Source: Thalia democratica (lineage: Eukaryota). Taken from it: 64,000 bases of DNA. The notes under the pieces were generated by a model, which saw only the letters and a program-made list of their open reading frames with translations, was not told the origin of the DNA and searched no databases. The position numbers were made by a program, and so were the translations under genes. Shown here in pieces: positions 10,688-24,156 of this stretch. Numbering within the stretch: position 1 is the stretch's first letter; each line of letters begins with the position of its first letter. The stretch spans positions 76,384,001 to 76,448,000 of the forward strand of contig OZ241826.1 in NCBI GenBank assembly GCA_965202585.1. Direction: 5' to 3'.

Positions 10688-13600
10688 TCACATTGAAGTT
10701 TTTTCGTATTTTTCGCTGTAAAGTTCGTCTTTTTCAAAATTCTCATTATCTTTTCCTTGCGATTCTAAATCACTCTAAAATTTATGATTAATGTATTAAG
10801 TTACGTTAATTTAAATTTACTTAATTTTCTTTAACACACCTACAAAAGAAACTACATTAAAATAACCATATTGTGTTTTACATATAAAATGGTTTTAAAA
10901 GGTGATTTTAAATACTAATATAACTGTCTCATGAAGAAAAAATAAAAATAAAAAAGCAAAAACTATTTTGTCATATACCAATTTATCCATGAGACTTATA
11001 TCTTTATATAAGCCTGTTTATTTATCAAGTATGTAAACCTCTTTAAGGGAGCGGGTCAGAATTTCACGGCGATACTTTAGCACGGCGAGTCACTTTTGCA
11101 CGGTTTGTAACTTTTAGCACGGCGTCATTTTAGCACAGTTTAAAATGAATATGACTTTTAAGAAACAGACTTAAACATTTTTAGGTTTGATATTAAACAG
11201 TATTGAAATACTTAATACTATTATATCTACCAAGTACTATGAAATATTAAATTAAGTTTTCTTAAAAAAAAGTAGACAAAACAAAAAAAATAATTCAAGC
11301 TTAAAAATCCTACTAATTTAGAGTATTAACATTTATTTTTCATCAGTTAAACAAAAAATTTCATAGTTTTTGAAAAAATAAGGCTCCGTGCAAAATTGAG
11401 CAACCGTGCAAAAAACACGCCGTGCAAAAGTGACACACCGTAAAAAAGTAACCCTCTTTGCTAAAGTAACGCTGTGCAAAATTGAACCTCCATGCTAAAG
11501 TGACCTATCGCGCTATAGTGACGCACCGTACAAAAATGACGCCATGCGAAAGTGACCCACCGTGCCACCGTGCTAAACTGACGCCGTGCAAAAGTGACGT
11601 ACCGTCCTGAATTGACGACCCGTGCAAAAGTGTCGCTGTGCCATTTTGGCACCCACCCCTTTTTAAAACTTCATATGCATTCATACAACACCTACAAGTA
11701 GTACAACAAAACTCACTGAATCTTGAGATTTGAACCATCTGTACACCCATAAGTCCAGTGCTGGGTACAAATACTTTGCGTCAACATTTTTACGTGCCTT
11801 CCAACCTCCTATGTGTTATAATGTAGTGTTTGTATTTATTAAAGATTTTAAACAAGATTGTGCATATAAAATTACTTAGTTTTCAAACTGAAAGCTTCAA
11901 TTTTAACACAACTGTTTTACACAACTATTTCAATTTTATTGCATTCAGAAATATATTTTTTGATAAAACTTTGATATAAAGTCATAATCAAAATAAAATA
12001 AGCGAATATCGACTACATAAACAATGTTGGGTAAAAACTGACAATACAAATAAGTATTTTATTTAATTATTTGCTTAATCCAGTACACTATAAAAAGTAT
12101 CGTAAAAAACATGAAAAGTCAAACAATAGTTTTTTTTAATCAAACAAAACAAATTATTTACACATAATACAATATGTACATTAAAATTAAGTTGAACCAA
12201 TGTTCAGACAATTTCGTATTGTTTTTAACAAGTGTATACATTTATAACCTTCTGTTAATTTGCTCTATCTAACAAAAAAAAAAGTAATATAGATTTTAGT
12301 ATAAACAATTATACATCCTAACCCGTCAACAAGCTGACGGTGAGACCGATGACCAGCGATGCCCCGAACCCGATTGCGGCGTAATATGCGTAAGACACGG
12401 CGTACAAATTAGCAATAGGGGGGTATTCCCCTGTAACGTCTGCTACCGTCGTCACTTGCGGCGCTGCTGTTGTGTTTGACTGTTTGTAAATAATAGTCGG
12501 TTAAAAATTAAACTAACATGTTTAATTTTTTAGTAAGGCAGTTTATGATTCAAAAGTTTGGTATAAAAAAAAAGAAAACTTAAAATCACTGGATCATAAT
12601 AAAAAACAGCATAAATACTTAAATTATACCAAATTCAAAAAAATAGTTTTCATATACCGGTAAGTCGCAGCCAAGGTACTTTTTGTTGAGAAACTCCTCC
12701 GGAGGAGGATACGTTTGACTGCCCACGTAAATCCAAATGTTCATCCCCAACCCGGAAATAAGCCCCAGCAAAGCGCCCTGTTGATATACTGATTATTAAA
12801 TTCTATTTATATTCACTTGTTTGTTCGTACAACATCAAACAAGTGTCAAGGTTGTTTAAACAAAAGGCGTTTGAAAAGTTAAGCCCTTCACAAGCATGAG
12901 TTTGCAATAACCGCGTAAACCCGACAACACGTTGTAGTGAATGAAAGTAAATTTTAAAATACATTAAAGTGCTGTTCATAGTACTTTATGTTATTGTTAT
13001 TTTGATGTTTAAAATTTATTTTATAAACTTCTTTAAATTAACTCTTTTGAAGGCTAATCTAAGTACAAAATTCAAAATCGAGATCTTATTTTAAAATTGA
13101 AGACAAAGCAAGTCAAGTTTACAAATCACCAGTTAAAAAAGTATAACCCAACAAAAACAATACAATAAATATGTCTAACCCAAGAGTTGGCGAAGGGAAA
13201 TATGAGTCCCAATGTGAACATGGACAGCACAGGGCCGCCGACCATGCCCAGTATGCTGAGCGCGGCCTGTAGCACCCCTCCCAGCTGGCTGGCCACGTAC
13301 GCCATGGCTATGCACAGTCCCCCGTATATTATCACGCTCACTGTATAGTGTATGTTACAAAAAATTATAGCTGCTACTTTTGTATGAATGTAATTTAGCT
13401 TAGCTTTTGCATTAAACTTTCAGTTAAGAGTTGCACAGGCTGAACATGAAAAAGATTAAAAAGACAGATAAATTGATTTAAAGTTTGTAATTGTTTAGAT
13501 TTTAAAATATTTTGGGTTTGTATGAAAGCAATGCGACTCGGGGCTGCAGAAACCTTATGAAAATTTAACAATCTATTGATCTTTGTTTTGAAAATTATTA

Positions 13601-16600
13601 ATTTTTTTTTGTTAGTTCTAAATAAATTAAACTACATAAAACAGCTTCAAGAAAAAAAATATTAAAAAAACACTGTTTGTTCTATAACTTCTAAACATTA
13701 GCTATCCTAATGTAAACAAACTTAAGTTGATGAACAACTAACCTTTAGAAATCCAACCGATTGCTCTATTGCTGAATTTGAAATAAGGTAGTATAATATC
13801 TTCTGTCGTTACACACGACATCGCGTTGATTCCAGAAGACACAGTACTGATGAAAGTTAAATGTGTGTTTACTTAAAATTCTTAATACTGATATGAACTT
13901 TTTTTACCTGAGGGATCCGGAAAATACGCAGGAAATGACGATGCCGGAAACTCCCGGCTGGTCTTTGAACAACTTCAAGGACAGGTATGGGAGCAGCTTT
14001 TAAAAATTGATGAAATTTTATCATAACTACATACAAAAACTGTGCTTAATGAACGAAAAAATAAAGTAATTAAAAGAAAAAAAATTCGCAAAAATTCCAA
14101 TGAAAATTCAAAATACCTGGTCGCTAGCTTCGACTTCTCCTGTTGTGAGCGGATCGCACTGGTAGAAGTAAGCGTACATAACCAGCCCGTTTATACACGA
14201 CAGACTGATGATCACTGCCAAGCCTAGCCAGTTCAGGTACAATGCTCTGATAATGTTTTATAATTCAAATAAAAGTAAAAAATAACTCTAGATAAGAATA
14301 GTTTTAACACATAAACATGCTGTGTTTTTATTTCAGCAAGCAAAATGTTAAAAGCTTGCATTGTTTGTTAGGCGTGAAGTTTTTAAAGTTTACGGTTTTT
14401 ATGCTTGCTAAGAGGACCGCAAAGTTTGCTGGTTAATTTTAAGAAAATGTTGTTTTTATGTAAAGTTTGAGCTACTGTAAGTTTTTTTGGCAAAGTCATA
14501 TAACAGTTTAATTTTATTTTGAAGGTGTGTTTCTAAACTTAATTTTGAATAGGAAATTACTTTTTGATTGTATATCTGTTTACAAAAATTAAATGTTTAC
14601 AGCTACAAGTAAACAAAAGTTGTTAACCTTGTTGTTATATTGTTCGTAAATATTTACAACGAAACTTAAGCAAACAACGTTTTTTATTACAACAAATAAG
14701 ACGGATAAACTTGAATAAACAAGCTTAGAAAAGTAATATTTGCGACTAAGAATTTGATTTTAAATTCACATTACATACAATTATAAGAATACAGACTAAA
14801 ATACACAGCACATGTGTAGTATATATGGTGAATTTTTTTCTTCAAATTTCATTAAAAAGCAGTGTTAAACGAAACTGTTAAAGAAACTTTTAAGGCAAGT
14901 GTTAAAATATTTTTACATTTAATTCTACATAGCTTAATAAGTAAAGTCTCGCAAAAGCATGCTTATGCTTTCTTCATAAGGGTCTGCGATGAAAAAAATC
15001 AAAGACGTTTTATAACAATACTGCAACTGACTTTTTTGCTTCGCGTTCGGTTTTACAGCAGAGGTACCTCTGGACTTGCGACTGGCTGACCGCGTAGATT
15101 CCCAGCCACAAAAAAGTCCCTCCGACCACCACGCTCCAAAACGAGTGTCTCACGCGGGGATCCACCTCAAAACTGGCGGGAAAAAAAAATTGAATGTAAA
15201 ATGTTGTATCAAGTCGCAAAATTTGTTAATTTTTTTTATACTACGTACTTTTACTAAAAAGTTGACTAAACGTTTTGTACATTTTGTATAAATTAAACAT
15301 TTTATTAGTTTGAAACTTGCTTTATATTTTTTTACCAACAAAATGCTGCTATTTTCTTTAGCATTTGAATTTTGTAAAAACTATCTTAACCCTGAGTTAT
15401 ATATTAGGTGTATTTAACTTTTATACTACATTTTCAATTTAAACCGAGGTATTTGCTAAAAGTTTGACAAGGTTTATAAATTATAAAATGAGTCAGCTGT
15501 TTTTGAATAAACAAACAATTAAACACAGAAAGTAAATGTTTGTAAGCAAACATTAATTATGAATGATTAGGGTTTACCTTGTTTGATTAGTCAATTTTTT
15601 TTGTTTAATGTAGTTCAATTGGTAAATACTCTTTTATTATGGTTATTAGGCCGAATACTGCAAAATACAAAACAGCTTCAGTTATTTAAACTTTAGCGAG
15701 CACAAAAATAAGTTTATTGTTGTCGTCATGATTAGATTGATGCTATTGGAAAATTCTTTAAATTGTTCATTTGAAACAAAAACATATATTTTATAATCAA
15801 CAATTTCTTACATGAACATTATTTCTTATTTAGTTAAAATTAAACCGTTGTACTAAAAAAAAACAATACAGTATAAACTATTTTTATGTTCAGATTAAAG
15901 TGCAAAGTTAAAAAAATAATTTAAGTATAACTTAAAAAGCTTTAAAAGTTTTTTTGCTCATATAAACTACAAATTTATATGCTGAAAAGAAATAGAAAAT
16001 TTCACTTATTAAATACAAACAGTAAAAAGTAAACAAACTGAACAAAATCAATTCTACCGTTGTCCTCGCAAATCTCCCACATTTTACCGATACCCCCAAT
16101 ATCAATGCACCCCTTAATTGTTATGCACAGGAACCCTGCTGTCATGACAACTGCTTGAAATACGTCCGTCCATATGACTGCTTTTAAACCGCCCTAAATA
16201 TATATTAAAGTTTTTATTTTCTTAACTAAGTGCTGTCTAGTTTAAACTTCTTTGTAGAAACTAATACTATTAATAAAACCAGTATTGTAATCTTTAAAAC
16301 AAAACATTGACTTACCAGAGCAGTGTAGAATATGCACACAATACCAGTTGATAGAACTGCAGTCCACAAATCAAGGCCTGTCACTAAATTTCAAAAAAAA
16401 GTTTATAGTTTTTTATAGGTACAAATTTTCATTTTACATAACATAACATGATATTTCCAAAACTACCAATGTTTTTCGTTTTGTTTAAGTGATGCAAAGC
16501 TACAAAATGAGTAATTTTAGATAGTGAAATCAAACATGTTGTATTTTAAACACAACTTTTTGAGTAAACTATCGTTTTAGTTTTAAGTTTTCTAAAATAA

Positions 16601-18229
16601 CAAATGTGCACACCAAAACTTTCTACCTACAGTTTAAAAACATACTAACCGTGAAAATACCTGCGCTCTATAAGATAAAATTAATGCCAATAGAAAAGTT
16701 TTAAGCACAGTTTTCTATTAGACTAAAATACTGAAGTTTATGAATAAACACGTGAAGTTACGAAATTAATTACAAGTAATTACCGGCACTCAACGCTAGT
16801 GAAGGAGCATATATGACAATTCCAACGTAGAATATTGTTTGAATTATGTAGGTAAGTGTGCCTGCTAGCCTTACTTTTCTGTCAAACCTCTTTTCAAGGT
16901 ACTATAGAAATATTTATTAGTTATTCAGGTTGTTACAAAACTTTAAAGTTATAATAATATTATCATATATTATTAAAAAGTAAAATAAAAATAAAAGTTT
17001 TTACGAAATTTATACAAGTTTTTAAGAGCATCCTACAGTTGTTTAACCCATATTTGTATTTAAAGTAAAAATTTTAAAAGTTAAACTTATTAAAAATATT
17101 AGAATACAAGACTTTTAATTTTTTTACATTAAACAATACTTCTGATCAATAGAGGTCTAGCAAGTATCACATTTTTTGTTTACTTTTGACCATCAGTTTT
17201 ACAATATCAATACTATTAAACTTTGAAAGTAGTCAGTACACTATAAAAAGTCAGTAGATGCTACTTGCACAGTAAACAAACAACAAACCTCATAAGTGCT
17301 TGAAATTCCCATTTTGTAGAAAGTTGGTATGTACATTTCAGCTGTGATAAAGCAAACAAATAACATGGCTAGCAAAAACCTGTTTGTTTGTTAACATCAA
17401 TTTTGTAAAAAGCTGCAACTTTAAGCTAAATATCCAGTTCTACATAACTTGTCGAAGCATAAGGTACAACTACAACAATATTTAAGCTAATAAAAATGAT
17501 TATCATTAGACTAATTAAAAGTTTATGAAAAAAAAAATTGAAGTAAAACTTTTATGGTTCGAAGAGGAATTTATTTTCTTTAAAATTTTCAATACAACTA
17601 ATAAACTAACCACCAATACATGGTGCCGTACTGGTACACATCGGCTGGTGTGCCCAGCACTGTTATTGCCGACATAAAACTCACCGATAGTGACAATGCC
17701 ACCGGTACAGCGGTTAAATTCCTGCAAGTTTTAAGTTTACTTTAGGTGACTTCTAAATGTTTTGAAAACTAAATAAAAACTTTATACTTAGCATTATAAA
17801 TTGAGTTAATAAAAGAATTATGTTTTTGGTTTAATTCAATAACATTAAAAGCTTTAAAAAAACATTAGAAATCACTAAGGAATTTCTTATGAATGCGTTT
17901 GTATCGAAAATTCTAGAATATAGTTCATAAAGCTAACAGAACAAGTTTTAAAACTTTATTTATAGCTATCCATTAACTAAAACTAAAACAAAAACATTTC
18001 AAATGTACAAAATATAGTTAACAACAATCTAAAAACATTTTAATACGAGCTTTAAGTTTTGTTAATTTAAATATAAAATTTTATACCTCCCACCAAGCTG
18101 GTAATCATCCAGGTCGTCCTTCTTTTTTCTGTCCTTGATGGCGTAGAATATCCCGATGGCAGCCGATATCCCCAGTGTGCACCCGAACACGACGTAGTCA
18201 GGGGTGGTCAGGGTTTCCTTTTCAGACAT
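10688..18229 (-). CDS. SLC5A8-like: Sodium-coupled monocarboxylate/anion symporter (SLC5A8/A12-like) paralogue C, 588 aa, 15 exons
   Basis: Exons (high to low) 18229-18087, 17721-17611, 17379-17289, 16901-16784, 16383-16316, 16193-16039, 15172-15032, 14246-14117, 13996-13908, 13846-13743, 13340-13180, 12777-12658, 12479-12323, 11808-11717, 10774-10688; total 1767 nt, ATG to TGA. Exons 2-11 have exactly the same lengths as in B (111, 91, 118, 68, 155, 141, 130, 89, 104, 161). Motifs: [56 protein letters not shown]. Confidence 0.95.
11047..11658. mobile_element. Non-autonomous foldback-type DNA transposon (GGG..CCC ends, 8-bp TSD; Merlin-like) in the last intron of paralogue C
   Basis: Imperfect TIRs GGGAGCGGGTCAGAATTTCACGGCGA versus (rc) GGGTGGGTGCCAAAATGGCACAGCGA. 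Flanks CTCTTTAA (11039-11046) and CTTTTTAA (11659-11666), a 7/8 match. Arrays of TTTGCACGG/CCGTGCAAAA motifs lie in opposite orientation at the two ends. Confidence 0.7.
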
Positions 18230-21200
18230 TTTTCAGCGCTCAAATATTAAGTGACTACTTACAATTAAGCTTTTAAACATTAAAAATATTTTATATTGAG
18301 AAAAAATGAAACTTTAACGTCATATGCGAGTGTTTTACTACAAAAGAGTGTTTGCAAAATTCAAACGGTAATTGAGTGCATTGTAGGTTTAAGTGCCACT
18401 TCAAATACGCGCTTGTTTAAAACTTCGTTTTGAAGCTGCACAGGTAACCGCTAAACACTTACTTCTAAAAGTTCTTAGTACAAACAAACACTATGTTTGA
18501 ACTTTTCTTCAAGGTGATTTAGAGAGCTTCATTTCTTTTCAAAAGACATTTTAGCTGCACCTCATTTTGAAAAAAAGCAATAAAAATCTTTGCTTTTGTG
18601 GGTTTGTTTTATTTGAAGTAAAAAATTGAAGTGTTGACTTTGAAAATAAACTGTACTTAAAAACTTTCAATATATATCTTTAATGCTTTTAATTCAACTG
18701 TTTAAAATAAAAAATCTAAAATTATCAGAAAAGGATTTAGCTTTTGTATAAATGCTTATTTAAATTATTTCATCAATTATTACCTACAAGAAGTTTTTTT
18801 TGATAACTAATAATTTCCTACATTTATCTAAATACAAAAAACAATTCTATAACGCGAATTTTATTTTACTTAGCTTATGCTCAAAAACACACAAAGAAAA
18901 ATAATTAATCCCTGCTTCTGAAAATATACTTGTTTTAGATAGCTTATAAACTTTTTAAAATTAAACTTGAAGTAAGCAATGTTCTTCTAAAAGTTATAAC
19001 AATTTTTATAAAAGAAAATCAAAAGTTTAAGCTATGACGTTTTACACTAGCAATAAAACATAAGGTCTAAAAACGTTTAACAATATTGCTGTAAATCGAA
19101 AAAAGTTAGATTGAATATTCTGACTTTTTCACATATATGTACGAGTTTAATAAACAAAAGTACTAAATAGCCTTTGTATACACCTTTATGAAAAGCTTTT
19201 GTTGTACTCAAACAAACTTTATGTTTTCAAAGTAAAAAACAAAAGAGTTTGATGTAAAACCAAAAGTTAATATTTGCATTCGACTACGCAATGCAATATT
19301 GCGAATGTTTACTTGTTATTACCACTTCAATTGTGTAAGTATACAAAACTTTATATAGCTTTTTCACACAACATAATAAATCTAAACATTTGAATAATCT
19401 TGCTGGTCTGAACAATTTTTTAGGATAAAGTAATAGATAACATTAAAACTTCTCATTAACAACTTTACTTGTGACCGGTTTTGGTGAAAAAAAAAACTGA
19501 TTTTGTCAAACAACTAAACAAATAGTTAATAGATTTTTTCTCACCGAAAACGGTTACTCATAAAACAGTCTAGTCAACTAGCACCTTATTTTTAAACAAA
19601 TAAGCTCTTTACAAAGTTATGTTTCTATACGACTATTAGTATAAGACTAAGATAGTTTTTTTTCATCAAACATTAAGCTGTTTTATAAGTAAAAACATAT
19701 TTAAAAAACACAAACTAACAGAACAAATTTTTGCAATGAATGTTGTTCTTTTTATTTTAAACAGTAACTCAGTATCAGTTAAACAATTAGTTTTTGTAAA
19801 AAACTTCTGTATAACGAAAAAAAAAAAGAATAGTTAAGCCGTGCATTAATTTAGTTTTAGATTTTGTGAAACTTAAATAAGTACATGTTTTGTTTTATTG
19901 TAGTAATTGTTCAGAGTTTAGTAGAACCTTAATAAAATGTATAAAAATACAAAAGTTAAAGAAAAAATTACAGCAAGTATTAAATTTTCAGTCATATAAA
20001 GACTCGTACAGATAACCATGTTTAATATATTTAGTACTAAAACTTTTAAATGACTAAAATTGAAATGTAGTTATATCAATTAAGAAGTAAGTTAATTTGT
20101 TGTTTACAAATAAAATACGAACTGCATTGCTATATGCTTGTAACTAGCAAAATCTTAAAAAACGGAATTTTTGTTCATTAAGTTTCTTGCTAATACAACA
20201 CTGATTTTGAACAATGTATTGTATAGTCAATTAGGAAATTTTATATGCTAAATGTTTATAAACACGTGTGAATTTTAAACAAAGAGTTTTTCATTAAAAA
20301 GTAACTTTTTTATCAAATCTGAACAACTACACTGTATTCCATTTGGTAAACACTTTTTCATTTTAAGTTTTTATAACAACTGTGTAGGTTTGGTTGCCTT
20401 ATTCAATATAAAGATAATAAATTTATTAATACAGTAATCGGAGCAAAAACTCTACAGCTAAATCAAAAAATTTAAAAAAATATTTATATATAGTTTGCAG
20501 CTTAGACTTAAAAAGCTATTAATATTCCATCAAAAATACTGAACAGCTTGGAAATATTTCAAAATTTATCCAGCTTAATAGTTAGATATACGCATTTAAA
20601 CCTTAATGATTAAAGTGAGGCAAATATTTAACCCTACAAAGTAACACTTAGAGAAATCATAACTAACGTTCAATAACTTCGTTTTCAACCTCCAGACTTA
20701 CAAATTTGTTTAAGAGTGAAAATTCTAGAAAATTGACGTTCGAAACTTTGGAAAATAGTTAAACATACGAAGATATTGTAAGACTGATAAAGTCTACGCG
20801 ATTCAATCATTAAAGGCACAAAAATAAAACTTATTGTCCACAGCCAGACTAAAAAAATTTGGACAGCGCTTGGTCACTGTAGAAGTTCATAAATGCCATA
20901 CTTTAGTTTGTCTAATTTTTGTGACACTAAATGCTCCGGTTTACTATGCTGTTATCGCCACGCGTTTAGTTTTAAAAGATAAAGTCAAAAAAGTAAAATA
21001 TTTAGAAACGTTTGATTAAGGAAAATTAACTTTCGATTAATATGATTTTAAAAATGTTTAGTTTTTTCTACAAGGTTGCAAGTTGATATTTCTTATTTCC
21101 GTACATTTTCACTAGCTTCAATCTATTATAATTCAATTATGTAAAATAGTTTATAGGAATATCTAGTAAACAGAATCAAGAATTAAAACAACAAAAAAAC

Positions 21201-22230
21201 TTCTTTTTTATATGCATTTAAATATCAAACATTAAAAGAATTATTTTATTCTAAAATTTTATCTACTTATACTCTTAAAGTTATTTATATAAGTTGATAA
21301 AAAAAAGAAATTTTTATAGAAAACTTTATTCACTACTCAAGATAGTTTATTTTATGTACATATTACAGTTTAAGTTATGAAAACCTTTTTTTAGACTATG
21401 TCTCAGAAAACAACTTGAAACTGAAAAAAAAAAGTACCAGAAGATTTTTTTAGAAAAGATTATGCTTATGAAAAAATGATGGAACAAGTCTACCATAGCT
21501 ACTAAGACTAACGATTTTTTAGTAAGTTTAATTTTATTAAATCTCAAAGATCATTTGAATCTTAAAAGTAACAAATGGTTTAAATGATAAACACTGCTAT
21601 ATTAACAAAACAATTCACATTAGTTTCCTAATATACTATAAAGTTGAAATTGTCAGCATCATTCCTGGACAAAACATTAAACTGTATCCGTTGTGTATGA
21701 CTCGATAACCGATTTTTTTTATACACAAGATCCTTGTACAAAAAACTTGGGGCTCTTTATTTTGCCGTTCAATAAAATATTTTTAAATTTTCGTTTATAT
21801 GTATTTAATAAGCTTGATATATTGATATAGAACTTTATATTAAAAACTCTAAGAGCAATGGGTCGGCAGTTTTATAAGGATTTACGAAAAACTTGTTCCC
21901 AGATCACATTAAAATACCTTTGTAAGCAAGAGTACTTTTGAAAAATCTTACCTTTTAATGGTTACACAAAAGAAAACGTGTGTCATGAAGCAAGTCAAAC
22001 AGAGTCAGCAGTATACATATGAGCACAACAAATATTTTTGTAAGTTTTTATACTAGAAAAAGGTTAAACTGCATTAGTTTTGATTTACATAGACAACACA
22101 AATCTTTTCTTGGCAGGCTACAATTAACCAGCAGTTTGACGACTCGCCTTCTGATTTTGCAAGTAGCAACAATCTTTTTTATTTGCTAAAATTGTATATA
22201 AAACAATCAAAAACCGATGATTACATTTAA

Positions 22231-22674
22231 GGGGAAAAGGTATAAATTGCACGAAGATAAAATTGCAGGTTGCTAATTTTGCACCAGGGAACAAAATTGC
22301 ACGAAGACGATTTTGCACCAGAGTAAAATAATACAGAATAAAAAATAAAATTAATAAAAATAATTGCTGACCGAGGGTAAGGCTAAAAGTGACAATTAAA
22401 TAAAAATAATTAACAAAAATTCTTTTTTTTTTTAAAAAGCTACTGACCAAGGGTAAGGGGTAACAGTGATAGTAAAAAAAAAAATAATTAAATAAAAATA
22501 AAACAACTTACCGACCGATGGTAAGGGGTAACAGTGATAGTAAACAAAAAAAAACTAAAATTAACCCGTGCAAAATTGTCTGCTCGTGTATAAGTATTTT
22601 TGTGCAATTTTATCCCCACGTGCAAAATTATCTTCGTGCAATTTTGTACGCATGCGCAATTTAGACAGCTACCC
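22231..22674. mobile_element. Non-autonomous foldback-type DNA transposon (GGG..CCC ends, perfect 8-bp TSD; Merlin-like)
   Basis: Perfect TSD ACATTTAA at 22223-22230 and 22675-22682. Inverted subterminal AAATTGCACGAAGA/TCTTCGTGCAATTT arrays, and three internal copies of GGTAAGG(G/C)TAA(C/A)AGTGA. Confidence 0.8.
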
Positions 22675-24156
22675 ACATTTAACACTTATAAAAGGGCCAT
22701 AAACAACTTAGGCTAAACAGCTTATTGTTGGTTAGAGTATTTTGGTTAAAAAAAATATGTAATGATACCAAAGATGCAGATAAAAATTTTTATTTGCCAA
22801 CTAGTTTTTTTTAAAGATTAATATCCCTTTTGAAACTTATCCATACAAACTAAACTTAAGGATGCCAGAGGTGTTTGGAGAAATTTCTTTCAAGTTTTTA
22901 GGTAAAAAAAGTTTTAGCTAAAAGACTGTCTTGAATATAATAACAACATTGAAAAGATACTGTAAAGCAACTTTAAATGTGATTTTTAATTTAAGAAAAT
23001 TAATGATAACAGTAATATTTTGTCTACATGACACATTTTTAGCGTCAAACCGAAATTTCCTTGGTTTATATGCAAAATTTTTTTAAAAGTTTGTCAAACT
23101 CCAGGGTTTTTAGTATCCCTTTCTTCTATAAAGCACTCAACAAATAAAAACCTAAAACTTGAAAAGTCTCGTAAACTAAAAGCAAACATGATACTTCTGT
23201 GATCATTTTGTTTCGCTTTTAAAAGTATATTGAAAATTTTCTCAAGTATTTGTAAAAACTACTTGTTGCTTAGAACTACAGGCTGCAAATTGCATGAAAA
23301 AAATCATTACAAACATAAGTAGCTTTAAAAAAGTTAGACTTTTTCTTAATGCTTATTTGTTTTGCACTTAAGTTAAAATATATCCATAGTTGAGCTTTAA
23401 CTATATAAAGAGTGGCCTATAAATTACAAGAATTACTTTAGTTTTAGAAAAAAATATCTACAACATATACAACCTTTTAAAAAAAATTTTATTGATTTTT
23501 TTAATACGATGACCACTAAGTTACAAAATCTGGTCTTAAGCCATTTTTTTTTCTGATCTAAAAAACATCAAAAATTACAATTTCTATTAACTTACTTTGT
23601 AACTGTTTAAATAGTACACAATTTTTTATTATAAACAGTTTTTATTCTACAGTTTAGTTACCATTATTTAGAAAATTAATGAGATAAATTAGATTAATAA
23701 GCTAATCAAATGTTTCATAAACTGACTATAAGTCTAATACGCTTATATCTAAGCTATTTCCTAACAAAATTAACTTATAAAAGGCAGAAAGAAGCAAACT
23801 TTTAATAACTCAAAAAAAAAAAAAGAACTTTGTGCAAAACAAGATTAACCAAAAAAACGTATAAATCAAATTTACTTACTTTAGAACATAAAATACGTAA
23901 TTAACAAGTAGCCTAATAAAGTCATGGTGGAGTTTTAGTATTAGTCAGTGAATCATAGTGAACTCATTAATATTTTTTAATAGCATAAATATTAGGTCAT
24001 TTAAATTAAGTCAAACACTTTAAATTTCATGTGACAACTGATCAAAAGTAAAACTCCGCTGTGACTGAATTAGCCATGAAAGCTCATATGAACAATGAAC
24101 AGCAAACAGTATTAACAGCAGTGATATTTTAACACATAAATTTTGTAATTAACTCG

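Noticed and set aside
11461-11750. ORF-track ORFs of 63 aa and 81 aa on the minus strand
   Set aside because: They run through the foldback element's motif array and the antisense-frame edge of a C exon; no splice or codon support.
3541-18229. Calling any paralogue the iodide symporter NIS (SLC5A5) or SMVT (SLC5A6)
   Set aside because: TM2 motifs match the SMCT pattern, and orthology cannot be assigned without a tree.
20800-21900. GC-richer patches that might be retroelement remnants
   Set aside because: No RT, endonuclease or transposase motif could be read in any frame by eye.
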